Counted from the first letter of the stretch, positions 12,340 to 24,778 are shown. The stretch: DNA of 64,000 nt from Gnetum montanum (GCA_015680685.1 MNCI01000310.1:183220-247219); one strand, 5' to 3'. The notes: generated by a model not told the origin, from the letters alone. Program-made: numbers and translations.

Positions 12340-15300
12340 AGTTAACAAATTCGAAAACTTTAGCATAGCAACATGAGAGCACCTAACACTACTACCTACC
12401 CATGTTAGGGTCCACATACTGAAGGCAGCTGATCATGTCATCGACGATTCCTTGCATGAATGCAAACTTATCAAGGATATCGTCCCATGATTTCATAGGA
12501 ATCGGAGGGGGTCCAGCGACATCAACAAGAGCGCCTATCACATAACTAAACATATCGGCAATGGTCGAAATGGGCTATGACAAGGCAAACATTTTACCGA
12601 ACTTACCAACATCCAATTGTGGTCTCCCTTCTTGCTGATGCAAAACGATGGCGGAAACCTTGGTAGAAGTCCCTACCAAGTCTGTACGGGCCTCTTCTTC
12701 ATGCGCTAGTGTCTTTCCTTTTGAGAGACCAGCGTCTTTTTTATTCAAGGGAAACTCCTCTTCATCTTCAAAAATGCCCTCCTTGTTAGTAGGACGATTT
12801 TTCCTAATGACAAGATCCCCTGCCTTAGCGACAGGAGTTCCATTTTTCTTGATTGGGGCCCTTTCTTTAGAGACTGGGGCCTCTGTGTCTTTATTCGTCA
12901 CTCCCGTCTTAGGGGCCAACCCCTCTTCATCGCCTTTTTCTTCTTCCTCTTCTTCTTCTGGCAGCAAAGAAAAATGTTTGCATTAGCTCAAAATAGGTTA
13001 GCTTAAAGTAGGTGCTACGCTACGCTACGGCATCTAGCATAGCACAGCGTAGCAGGCATTGACAAAGTAGATGAAGGGATAAACATGAACAAAAGTGTTT
13101 ACCAATTGGGGGTTGCATCCTCTGTAGTTTAAGTTGCAGTCTTCGCCCCTTCTCTTCCTCCATGCAAAGGGTTCCCTTAGCCAGAGGAGGTCTTTTCCAT
13201 TGCAACTTGCTGGCCACAGTCTCAGCTATGAGACATTGCCCCCGTGACATGCTACCGGCTACAATAGGGGGCATCTCTACTACGTTGTCTCGGCCACTAA
13301 AGTTGCAGGCCACTCGATCCTTAGTTGTCACAGAGAACGACTCCCCAATTATTTCTGGGGGATCTTGGGCTCGGGTGGTCTAGAGGATCTAGCAGATCCA
13401 TGATCTGGAAATTTGGTTGCAATTTCGCATGACCCAGGCTCCATTCTCATGAACCACCAGAAACTCTGCGAAATGCTTCAGACAGGCTATGTAAAAGGCA
13501 TAATGTATATTGGAACATGACTCTAGTTTCTTATGGAGACCCAAGATTTCGGTCTACAAGCCTTTACATAGAGACCTAGCCCAGTTGTAACGAGCCCCCT
13601 CTTCCATGACCTCATGCATTATCTAGGCCTTCTCAATCCTCAGAACCTTCCCTTGGGAAAGCAACTGGGGGAATGTGCGAGCACGGAAGATAGGGTAAAT
13701 CTCCCTAGCGGGTCCTGGTTTGAGCTTCTCCATGGGGAGTCCCTTCCGCTCCTTGGCAATCCCTAACCACTCCTAAATGTCCTTCTTTTTAAGGGTCAAC
13801 TCCTTCTTGCCCTTCGACCTTATGAGAATTCCATCGGCAGGGACACTGAATAGGTCTACAAATAGCTTGTCGTTGATTTCAATGACCACCTGTACACACT
13901 GTATGCGCTTGCGGAAGCGGCCCGCCTTGTCAAAAAAGGAGTGGATCAGGGAGAGCATCTCGGTGCCAGGAACACTCAAATTCGAGGATAGGAACAGATC
14001 CATAAGCCTAGCCTTTTGGATATTCTAGACCAAGAAGTCAAAAGCCGCACCATTTATCCAACATTGGCTCGTATCTATATCTTCGTAGATGTTTGCCTCA
14101 TGTATCTCGACAATTACCACCGTCACCTCCTAGGACTATTACAGTTTTCACAGAAAACGTTTAGCATAAAAACATAGAAAATCCAAAGATTGCAAAGACA
14201 CTTAAGCATGCAACACTTACTGTTTAGCCTACCAAGTCTGTACGGTAATGGGAACGGTGGAAGACTAACTAGAACTTGTTCAACGGTGATCACTTTGAAG
14301 GGTTGTGTTCAACCCTCATCCAACCAACAAGATTCCTTGCATTGACCATAGGGAATGGGGTATAGGTATGGGTAGGTGTGGTATTCACCCCCACATTAAC
14401 CAATCACACCTGCATGCAAGTTCTCAGCAGAAGAGAACTCTTGTAGGGCTATTCATGCTGTAGTCAGTAGACCCGTTCAGTCGTGAAGCCCTTCCTTGTT
14501 GATGTAGAACCTAGTAACAAAAACATGTTGTTAGCATTTGGCCAATATGGCAAGCATTGCACAACATATCAGAACAGAGCTACAAAACTCACCCGCTAGC
14601 ACAATAGAAGGTTCCTAGTGGGTTTTGGAAGCACGTTGCCATATAACGGCAACAAACAATGTGTTATAAGGATGGTAGTAGCTATACTCAGGCATATCTA
14701 AGATCCAAGCCAAACACCTTAACCCTGTAGGATGTTGACTGGATCCTTCTCCCTGCCTGCTAATGATTTCCCCATCCATCAGAAACCTCAGGATGCCTCG
14801 GCTTGCCCTAGGCAATATGGCTTCTATTATGATGGCCGCCTCTTCCTCCTCTAGGTATGACCAAATGATCACACTGAAGTGTTGGAGGAGGTATTGTAGG
14901 AACTCCTATGTTCCTTTCCTAAACCAGACCCCCCGCTCTCCCACACGTATATGGGGAGGAGGAGCATTGGCCACAAGTTTTTTTACGTGACACAGGACCC
15001 CTGCAATTTCTAAGACAATCAGAATTGGCCTTAGCCCCATCCTGCACAACATAACTAGCAAGTGTTAGCATCATGTCTAAGTGCAATGCGCACGCAACAT
15101 AGAAATACCTAGCAGTTCATGCATATAGCATAGCATAACCCTCTTCTCGCACATTGCGTAGCAAGAACATGAAAGCGATAGCACAACAAAAATAGCCCAG
15201 CGTAGCAATAGAGCAATTAACCCTAAGAGGGTGATTAACAATATGCCCTGACAGAACACGTGTTGCACTATCACATCATGCATGGCCCAACCCTTCTGAG

Positions 15301-15691
15301 GGTCCTACGCTATGCCATTCGAAAGCTAAGTAACTTAAACTATCCAAACGCCCACGGTTATGACAACCGCAGTGGTGGTGGTTTAAGTGACCTTACATGC
15401 AACGATAGCATAGCGTTTATGCATCCACCGTGGCCGAAACAGCAACAGTGGCGATGCAAAGGCCAAAACAACGCGATGAAAGAAAACATAAATGACTAAG
15501 ACTAGGATACAAAACGAAAGAAAAAAAATGATAACAGAATTGTGAAAAAGCAGAGGAAGCATAGTAGCCTACTAGGTCAATGATGTGTACTCCCGTGTTG
15601 CTATGCATGCTTGTGTCACACGCCCTAGGGTTTTCTTCACCTCCTCGACCTTTGCAAGTGCCAAGTGAGTACGTTCCTTCTTTGGAGCCAT
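12340..15691 (-). pseudogene. Antisense multi-exon accessory gene of element A: FCP1/SCP-homology (NIF, HAD-fold) phosphatase-like domain + Transposase_32-like domain + acidic/low-complexity tail
   Basis: MAPKK start at 15691. Exon 15041-14593 reads RPILIVLEIAGVLCHV...VWFRKGT*EFLQYLLQHFSVIIWS...YHPYNTLFV. GT-AG intron 14592-14511. Exon 14510-14221 reads ...LQEFSSAENL...IPYGQ. Second intron ~14220-14130, then ...IEINDKLFVDLFSVPADG...MEEGARYNWARSL...IHYAFYIACL. Confidence 0.6.
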
Positions 15692-16019
15692 CGTCTTGCT
15701 TGTAGACTTTTCCTTGTCGCGATGCAAAAAACTGCCTTACTTTCTATTAGCATGATCGCTTTGCACTTCGAATATGGGCTCTGCGCTCTTACGGTGAGAA
15801 TGAAAAGCTTACCAGGGTTTAATCCCTATTTATGGCTGTAATGGTGAAAAAGGAAAACTTGCCACTCTCTCTCTCTGTTTAATGTGGAGTGCACTATATA
15901 GCATAGCATGCTCGCCATGACATTGTAGCACTGTTGGCATTAAAACCTTGACATGCTTCAAGCTAACTACTTGTTTTTCCAAAAAATGAACAAAAAATAT
16001 ATAGTTTTCATTACCGGTT

Positions 16020-16190
16020 CAAAAAGACCTTAAACTAGCAACCCCAATGTAGTTGTAACTTTCACAGTCCAGAAAGACCTTAAACTAGCAATCCTAGCGT
16101 AGCAACAACTTTAATGGTCAGAAAAGACCTTAAATTAGCAGTTTTGATCTGTTATACATTCGCAGTACGCAATGACACTAAACTAGTTGT
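16020..16190 (+). repeat. 50-bp-period array carrying GACCTTAAACTAGCA in the intron-like region upstream of pol
   Basis: Core at 16026, 16076, 16126, degenerate at ~16174; a further copy at ~16302. Confidence 0.8.
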
Positions 16191-16443
16191 CTCATGTTTT
16201 TTACATTAGCAGTTCTACATTTTTTAGCAATTTCACATTCTTATATCGACAGTTTTACATTTTCTATTTTAGCAGCTCTGCATCTCCATGCCATAGCAGT
16301 CTGCCATGACATTAAACTGGAAAAATTTTAATCTTTACATCATACTTCGCTAGTTACATCTCATCATTTCTTTGCAAGTTTTTGTTATACACAATTACTA
16401 CCAATAGGTGCCTCTTAACGAGGCTTTCATCTCATCTTGACAG

Positions 16444-19400
16444 GTTAAGCAAAAAATGGAAATCTATCACAATCTCTCCACATCTTTAGCTTTAGCAGGT
16501 TCACATGGCAAGCTTGCAAGACAATTGAACCTAGATCTAATCAATTGGGATTTGACCACAACTAGCGCTATAGCATCTTTAGAAACATCCCCAGACTGGC
16601 CCGAGCATCTGGGGATGTAACTGAGGACCCTCTCATCGAGACACCTATGACCACATCCAAGGAGGATGTGGAAATTTTAAAACTTAGCTCCCTCCTAGAC
16701 ACGCAGACGCATGAAAACATAGCCAAGATTCTACAAGACAACATTAAAGTCTTCGCATGGTCATACAGTGACATTAGATCCGAGGTTGATACAACACAAC
16801 ATCGTCCTAGACCCATGCATGAAGGTAGTCAAGCAAAAAGCTCGTAAGGTTAAACTGGAAATTTCACTAGCCATAAGGGATAAAATCACAAAGCTATACC
16901 AAGCTGGTTTCATTTGTGCAGTTGATTATTCGGAATGGATGTCCAACATCATCGTGGTTTCTAAGAAAATGGGAGGAATACGAATCTGTATAGACTTCTG
17001 GGATCTGAACAAAGTGACAATCAAAGACAATTTTCCACTTCCAATCATCGATCAACTCATCGACACTATGGCCGGCCATGCCCTACTATCCTTCATGGAT
17101 GGCTTCTTCGGCTACAACCAAATTCTCATCAACCTGGAGCATCAGCTAACAACAACCTTCATGATCCCATGGGGGATCTTTTGTTACACCATGATGCCTT
17201 TTGGGCTCAAGAACAATGGGGCGACCTACCAACGATCCATGACTTACATCTTTAGCGACTACATCCTAGAAATGTTAATCGACTACGTGGATGATATAGC
17301 AGTCAAGTCTAAGGAGGTAGCTGATCACCCACGCAATTTAGGGGTAGTCCTTAAGTGTTTTCAAATGCATGATCTGCGCGTTAATCTCAAGAAGTGTGTC
17401 TTTGGGGTAAAAATTGGATGCATGTTAAGGTTCGTGGTATCGAAGGATGGAATACGGGTGAACCTTGACAAAGTCAAGGCCATCGTCAACCTAGCACCTC
17501 CTACAAACCTTAAAGAGTTGCATGGTTTGCAAGGTAGGGTACAATTCATTTGAAGGTTTATAGCAAAGTTGACTGACAAGTTACACCCCATGCAACATAT
17601 TCTAAAGAAAGAGATTAACTTCGAGTGGACAACCCAGTGTCAACAAGCCTTCGATAACTTGAAGGAAGAGCTTTCGCACCTCCCAACTGTGCACCCACCA
17701 CAAAGGGATAAGCCTTTCTTCATCTACCTTGCCATCTTCGACACATCTATCACAACACTGCTATGTCAGAAACGAGATGACAAATCTGAGATACGAGTGT
17801 ATTATCTAAGTCATGCATTAATAGTGCATGAGGCGAAATACAATGAAGTGGAGAGGAATTTCCTTACCTTAGTATTTACATTAAAAAAGTGGAGGCACTA
17901 CCTGTTTCGTAGTACAATTAACATCATTTGCAAAAGCAACATACTCCGGGCTATCACTAACAACCTATATGAAAGTAGCCGGATAGCCCGATGGAAAGCA
18001 ATAACTGTGGAGTTTGACCTACACTATGTAAGCCAGTCATCAACTAAGGGTCAAGCCATAGCAACGCAACTTACGGCCTCACCTATCGACGATCACACAA
18101 CCATAGATCTCAAATTCCCAGACGAGCATGTTAGCACCATCAACATCGTCCCATCACACTTGGAAGCTACTTTACACTTCAACGACACTTCAACCAAGCG
18201 AGGAGGTAGTGCAACTATCATCATTACGTTCCCCTCTAGGGAAATGCACCCATTTGCTTATCGTTTTACGTTCCCTTGCACCAACAATGTGGCAAAGTAT
18301 GAGGGGCTACTCAGAGGCCTCTCAGTGGCTCAAACACTATGCATACAACACTTGGAAATCCGTGGTGATTCACAACTAGTTGTGAATCAAATCACCAAGG
18401 TCTATGCCTGCAAAGCTACTCACCTACAACCCTACTGTGATCTAGCAAAAAGCCTGCTTAAGCAATTTGCAACCACAGATGTGCAACACGTGCCATGCAA
18501 CGAGAACACCATAGTAGAAGCCTTAGCCACCCTAGCACTAAATATCCCACCACACTCGTTTGCAAGTCTACCAACTTTGATTGATGAATGTACTAAGTCT
18601 ATCACTTAGGTGGGACACATGGCCTCTATCAGCGCTGCAGATACCTAGGAGTGGTACGCTAACATTAAAGCCTACCTACAACATAATGAACCCCCAAGCG
18701 GACTGACATCTGCCTAGAGAGATGCAATCTGTAAGCGTGCCTGACAATATACGCTCATGGGAAATGACACCCTGTGCAAACGCTCCTATGATGGGATATC
18801 ACTAGCATGCATGGGTGGGGAGCAGGTGCAGAAGGTAGTTAATGAAGTGCATGAGGGGTTGTATGGTGGACACATAGCACCCAGGGATATGACTATGAAA
18901 ATCAGACACCTAGGGTACTACTGGCCCCATATAGAGTGTGATTTCTTGTCAAAAGTCAAGACGTGTGACACATGCTAGAGATACGCAAATCTCATACATG
19001 TTTCGCCTACTGAGCTGCACCTAACGCAAATCACATGGCCTTTCCAACGATGGGAACTAGACCTCATAGGACCTATCATGCCTAAGTCCTCCGTGGGGCA
19101 TAGCTTCATTATCACTGTCACTGAGTATTTTACTAAGTGGGTGGAAGCTATCTCCCTGAGGAAGATGACATCTCAACAGATCTGCTACTTCATCCTAGAC
19201 AACATCGTGACAAGGTTTGGGCTTCCTATGACTATTGTAATCGAAAATGGACCACAATTTAGTAGTACGGAAACCCAAACCTTCTACAACAATTTAGGCA
19301 TCAGGCAATCATTCTCCTCCCTGTATTACCTGCAGGCGAATGGATAGGCGGAGGCTACAAATAAGTCCATCATCAACTTGCTGAAGCGGATGCTTAGCAA

Positions 19401-19893
19401 CAGCAAGAGGTAGTGGCACAAGCAAATCCTCTACATTTTATGGGCCTACAAAATGACATGCAGGACCATGATGAGTAAGACCCCTAACAGTCTCATTTAT
19501 GGATCAGAAGTTGTGTTGCCTCTTGAGTTGCAAGTATCATCACTCCGAATGGTCCTCTCGGATGTCATTAATGAAGCCCAGAAAAATGAGTCAAAAATCC
19601 TCGACCTAGACTCAATACAGGAGTAGCCCGCGTAGACGCTAAGCTACATAAAATGCTACCAGAGCAAGTAACAGTGAAAGCACCGTGCAGATCCACATCA
19701 ATGGCCAATACAGAAGGGGGACCTCATCCTCAAAGTTGTTTGTGAGTATGTGAGCAAATTCTCAACCAACTGGGAAGGCCCATACATGGTCACTAAAGCC
19801 TTTGGGAATGGAGCCTTCAAGCTGGTGGAGATGGATGGCAACGAGTTTGCCAACCTGGTGAATCACTCATACCTCAAGCTATACTACATCTAA
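16444..19893 (+). mobile_element. Ty3/gypsy Tat-clade pol of element A: RT, RNase H, additional archaeal-type RNase H, integrase (decayed)
   Basis: VFAWSY, RICIDF..LNK, KDNFPLP, MPFGLKN, YVDD; aRH motifs TNNVAKYEGL and GDSQLVVNQ between RH and INT; HHCC (HEG...GH...CDTC), EYFTKWVEA, QANG, WEGPY. Preceded by a putative acceptor ttgacag at 16443. Confidence 0.95.
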
Positions 19894-19914
19894 AGCATGA
19901 ACGCAACAAGCAGC

Positions 19915-20152
19915 ATTCACTATGATGTTAAACTAGTGGCAACAAGTAGCGTCTGCTACGATGTTAAACTGGTAGTGACCATCCGCTATGACGTAAAACT
20001 GGCATAGCTAGTCCGCTATGATTATAAAATGGCATGGCACGGCCGCTATGGTGTTAAACTGCCATGTATGATCTGTTGGGACCTTAAACTAGCACAGCAG
20101 TCTACTGGGACCCTAACCCAGCACACAGTCTACTAGGACCTTAAACTGGGTT
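19915..20152 (+). repeat. ~30-bp tandem array (8 copies) of the hairpin motif in the 3'UTR of element A
   Basis: Repeated YGCTAYGAYGTTAAACTRGCA / TRYTRGGACCTTAAACTAGCA units begin just after the integrase stop. Confidence 0.85.
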
Positions 20153-21148
20153 ATTGTCACATCCCTAGCGTGCATTTTCACATAGTACAAATCGAACGAG
20201 TGTGCATAGTGCCGACGTGGGGGTGGGACATTGCAACTCCAGAACACAATTCAGGACACAATGAGAACACGATCTAGAATGTACATAATGCCACCACCCT
20301 TGGCATCGTGTTGACCCTCCGAAGATGTCATATGACATTGCACTAGCCCTCTAGACCTACCGTCACCACAGCCCACTGCCCTGACGGTAGTTCCTTGGTC
20401 AGTGCCTACTGCTAGAGTTCCGGTAGTATTGTGGCCCAGCCACAATATTGTTACCCTCTAGCTCCCTACCAACCTCTGATCTCAAACAACGTTTAGCTAT
20501 GCGGTAGCTGATCCCATAGTTGAACTAAGATTGCATGCCTTTCGTAGGGATTCCAGAGCATTCGCACTTACAGCGACTCCCCGCTCCTTCGAGGTCAGTT
20601 CCTCCATGCCGATGTTGCCAAGGTCGCCAATAGCCTTCTTGCCTTGGACATCGCACGATAGCAAAGATGTCCAAGAGCTTCAAGAATGTCTGTAGCAAGC
20701 AAGACTTGTCTTACCACAGTAGCAAATGCTACGGTGTCATGAAGTGAGTGTCTCGACTAGCTTGGCCACTTCAGAGTGTAAGTTCTATGATGCGCATAAC
20801 ACAGCTCGCTGCATGGGAAGCATCTGTAGGAAGGTCAATACCCTAGACGGATGTAACACAACTCATCTTGGGAAAGAAACACTTGTCCTACGAGAGGTCG
20901 CAGTTCAACGAAAGTAAAGATGAAAATGCGAACAACTTCCTCATGAGCACTCTAACGAAGGACTCTCCTAAACATAATCTTTACCCTTTTCCTGAACCTC
21001 CTTCCTCCCTACAACACTCTCAAGCATAGTCAAGTGACATCCCGGTAATCACTGAGCAACAACAATAACATTTTGTCTTCTTTGGTATTCGTATTCTTTG
21101 TCAACGTCTCTCGAGCTCATCCTCTAGATGTCAACAAAGAGGGGCCAA

Positions 21149-22700
21149 TGAAACACCCCAAAATTTGAAGGCATTCTTGCTTCACCATGTATTTGCAATT
21201 CACGCAGCATTACAACAGTTCTTTAGGAGATGGATGCTTTGATGTTTAGGCTATCCAGTTTGGTAGGATTTCTACCTTAGGTGTCAACAGGCTAAACGGA
21301 TTCTCTAGCCTGCCCACCTGAGTAGTTCATCTAGCTGACAACACACTTAGGAGCGGTGCGTAGAATTGTTAGCGGTGCTCAGAACATGCAAAACGCTTTA
21401 GCAAGTTTTCGAAGTCAAGGAGTTTTGTTACACTACGCTACACTACGCTACGCTATGGAGCGTAGCAAACTTTAGAAGATGTTTGCAGAAGCACATTGTT
21501 GCGCTATGCTATGCCACGCAATGTACCACAGCGTAGCAAAAAACTAGACGGTCAGTCCCCTTGCCCGACTTCAAGTCCTTCAATGATGTCTTCTTGCATC
21601 AAAAAGTAGCGAACTTGGCAAGAAGCAGGCCATGTTGGCCGCTACGCTATGCTAAGNATGTTTGGCGTAGCATAACATCTTGTCACGCTATGCTACACTA
21701 CGCAATGTAGCGTAGCCACTAGTTCAAAGAAAAAAATTTACGTTGTGTCTTACTGCATGCATTGGAAACTTTTGAAGTGCGCTAACTGTTTATTGCATAT
21801 TTGCTACGCTACGTAGTGTATCATAGTGTAGCAGCTATCCTTAGTTGCAAAAAATGTCACCAATCTGCAAACTTTGCCTTTTGCACTGCGAAGCTTGCGA
21901 ACTTGCTGATCTTGCCCTTTGAGATGTCTTCTGTTACTTTCGCAAAATTGCTACACCATGCTACGCCATGTAGCTTAGCATAGCGTAGCGGCCAACATGG
22001 CCTGCTTCTTGCCAAGTTCGCTACTTTTTGATGCAAGAAGACATCATTGAAGGACTTGAAGTCGGGCAAGGGGACTGACCGTCTAGTTTTTTGCTACGCT
22101 GTGGTACATTGCGTGGCATAGCATAGCGCAACAATGTGCTTCTGCAAACATCTTCTAAAGTTTGCTACGCTCCATAGCGTAGCGTAGTGTAGCGTAGTGT
22201 AACAAAACTCCTTGACTTCGAAAACTTGCTAAAGCGTTTTGCATGTTCTGAGCACCGCTAACAATTCTACGCACCGCTCCTAAGTGTGTTGTCAGCTAGA
22301 TGAACTACTCAGGTGGGCAGGCTAGAGAATCCGTTTAGCCTGTTGACACCTAAGGTAGAAATCCTACCAAACTGGATAGCCTAAACATCAAANGCGAAGC
22401 GGTGCATTTTTCTAACTACATTTTACTTTGTCTCCTGCTTATTATTACATTTTACACTGCTTTATGTCCCTTTTACATTTAAGCATTACTTCGCGCTATC
22501 AGTCTCGTTTTCAAATTATCTGGTTGCAAAAGGTTATATTAACAGCGACTAAGTCTTTGTTTGATCAACTAGATCGTTCAAGGCTCCCCTCCCCATTTCC
22601 GTTCTATCCAGCACGACCCTTCCGCAGAAACGAGGTTAAGACTGTCAACGACCGACGACCTCTCGGTGTTTTCTAGCCACTAACATTTTCGGTTGCTACA
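21149..22700 (+). mobile_element. 3' LTR of element A (middle apparently mis-assembled)
   Basis: PPT AAAGAGGGG at 21136-21144, then TGAAACACCCCAAAATTT. Ends ...ctcggtgttttctagccactaacattttcggttgctaCA, resembling the element B LTR end. Confidence 0.8.
21238..22392. other. 419-bp apparently perfect inverted duplication bounded by N bases; probable assembly artefact
   Basis: 21238-21656 is the reverse complement of 21974-22392; both arms end exactly at single Ns (21657, 22393). Confidence 0.8.
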
Positions 22701-22930
22701 CTAAGGAAGTTTGTTTGCTCTTCCATAACTAAGTGGATTGTTTCCTCCTACATACATGTTCCATGTGATTGGCATCAACATAAAGACATACTAAGGAAGT
22801 TTATTTGCTCTTCCATTGGGAAGTGGACTTTTTTTCCTCCTACATACATGTTCCATATGATGGGCATCAACATACATATGTGCTGATAATAAAAATAGAA
22901 ACGTACTAAGGAAGTTTGTATGCTCTTCCG
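22701..22930. repeat. Short tandem repeat (~90-115 bp period, about 2.5 copies)
   Basis: ctaaggaagttt(g/a)t(t/a)tgctcttcc at 22701, ~22792 and ~22905. Confidence 0.75.
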
Positions 22931-23486
22931 TAGCAAAAGCCTAGTCTCTTCAGTAGCACATGTGGCTGCCCGACTCAAACTAAATCTTCAATATGAAAAA
23001 CAAGCATATTTCCATCGCTTCAAATTATGATCCCTATCGCGTATGCAAAATAATACAATGCACCAATACCGAATAACACAGCTTTCTTTCGGATTGAGGC
23101 TTTGCTATAGGATATATTCATGAATCCGGACTGGAACCAGCAATGGTGTCACCTTGCTATAGAATATATTCGTGAATCCGGACACCGACCACCAGTGATG
23201 TCTTACTTCTAGTGTCATTGGTAAGACCTTGGATGTTTTAAGTATTATGTTTCGCATTGCTTTCTTCTAAAGGTCTAAATCGATTCATATTTCCGATAGA
23301 GCCTGAAAAGATTAAACGTTTTCTGGTCGACCAAGTACCGACCCTACCCGCGCCAACGCGATAGTCCCGGACCATATCTCGCCTTGGAAGCAAATTGCGA
23401 ACGTGACTCTGATGACTTAGTTTCTCCTATAAATAAAAACCTCAGCCATAACAGACGGGAAGAAGTCACACAGCTGAGCAGATCAC

Positions 23487-24267
23487 ATGAATACCATGAA
23501 AACCCCTGGCGAAGTCTTTCCTTTGACATTCGACGTGAGGCTGCAAGAGCCAGTGCTGGTGCGTCCATGCGAGGCAACTCCCAACCACATTTTGTCACTC
23601 TCAAATTTGGACAACCGAAACGGCCTCAATTTCCATGTCCCCATCGTCCAATTTTACAGCAGAGACCCTGCAAAAACCGGCTACGACCCACGGAAGGTGA
23701 TTGCAGACGGCCTCAGCCACGTGTGGTGGACTACTATCCATTCGCCGGACGCCTCATACACGGCCATGACGGCAGGCTCTTTCTCGACTGCAGCCGCGAG
23801 GGCTTGCTTTTCATCGGAGCCGAGGACGATGCCGGCCTCGCCGACTTCGGCGACATCTGTCCACCGTTTGCACGTTGGCCAGAGTTTCTGCACGAGCCGG
23901 CAGGCTCAGATGCAATGACGGACACGCCGCTGCTCATAATGCAGGTTACGCTGCTGCACTGCGGGGGGTTCGTGCTCGCTACACGGGTCAATCACGTGAT
24001 GTGCGACGCCATGGGAATTGCCCAGTTTCTGAACGCGGATCGTCGCTTGCGGCGCCGCTGAAAGCGCCGGTCTGGGACAAGAGTACGTTTCTGCCACCTC
24101 GAAATCCGCTGGTGGTGAGCGAGGCCGTCCGAAAAGCCTACAAGAAGTGCCACATCGGAGCTCCGCAGGCACCGGCTGGGGACGTGAGGGAAGGATGTGT
24201 GGTGTTCATGCGGCCGAACATCGCGGCGCTGAAGCGCACCCGGCTTTGTGATTGCATTTCTTCCTAG
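23487..24267 (+). pseudogene. BAHD acyl-CoA acyltransferase (benzyl alcohol O-benzoyltransferase-like), frameshifted and 3'-truncated
   Basis: EPVLVRP...TP...LSNLD, YYPFAGRL, PLLIMQVT..CGGFVL, catalytic HXXXD (HVMCD), PVW. At least two frameshifts, no DFGWG motif. TATAAATA about 60 bp upstream. Confidence 0.92.
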
Positions 24268-24778
24268 CTTATCATTTTTACTTGATGTAACTGTGTAAGG
24301 TAAGCGTACTATTTGGCGAATCCCATAAAATTTTTGCATACCGTGCTTACGGGAACAGAAGTGCGCAAGATTCTTTCCAGACACTTTTAATTTAAAAATA
24401 ATATTTAATAAAGGTAAAATGCAGAAAACAGTAGAAAATATATAATTTAAGTATGTTATTAATTTTTAATTTGTCCTCAAATGTGAACTATCTTAATCTT
24501 TGCATATACTCGCATACCCAAATGCAAATTGAATGGCTGAATCTTCAATTCCTTGCTTCAAAGGATCAAATTCATAGATTCTTTGGATGCATAGTCAAAT
24601 ACCCATAATACATAGACAAAGAAAAGCCCAAATGTAACCTAAATTATGTGCCATCATGTCACCTGCCTCTCATCTATCCTAGTCATACATGGAAACATGG
24701 TCATGTAGTGTAATCAATTTAGACATGGAATCATCACCCTTAAGACGTAGTGCAATTAGTCCATACCTAGAATCATAG

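Noticed and set aside
19915-20152. Repeat/spacer arrays as CRISPR or CRISPR-like
   Set aside because: Linkers are only ~8-15 nt and related to each other, repeats are degenerate, no cas genes are present, and the context is a plant retrotransposon UTR.
21238-22392. Large perfect inverted repeat as a hairpin-RNA/siRNA locus or foldback element
   Set aside because: Arms look identical in an otherwise decayed element and both stop exactly at single Ns, consistent with an overlapping contig scaffolded in reverse. Long reads would settle it.
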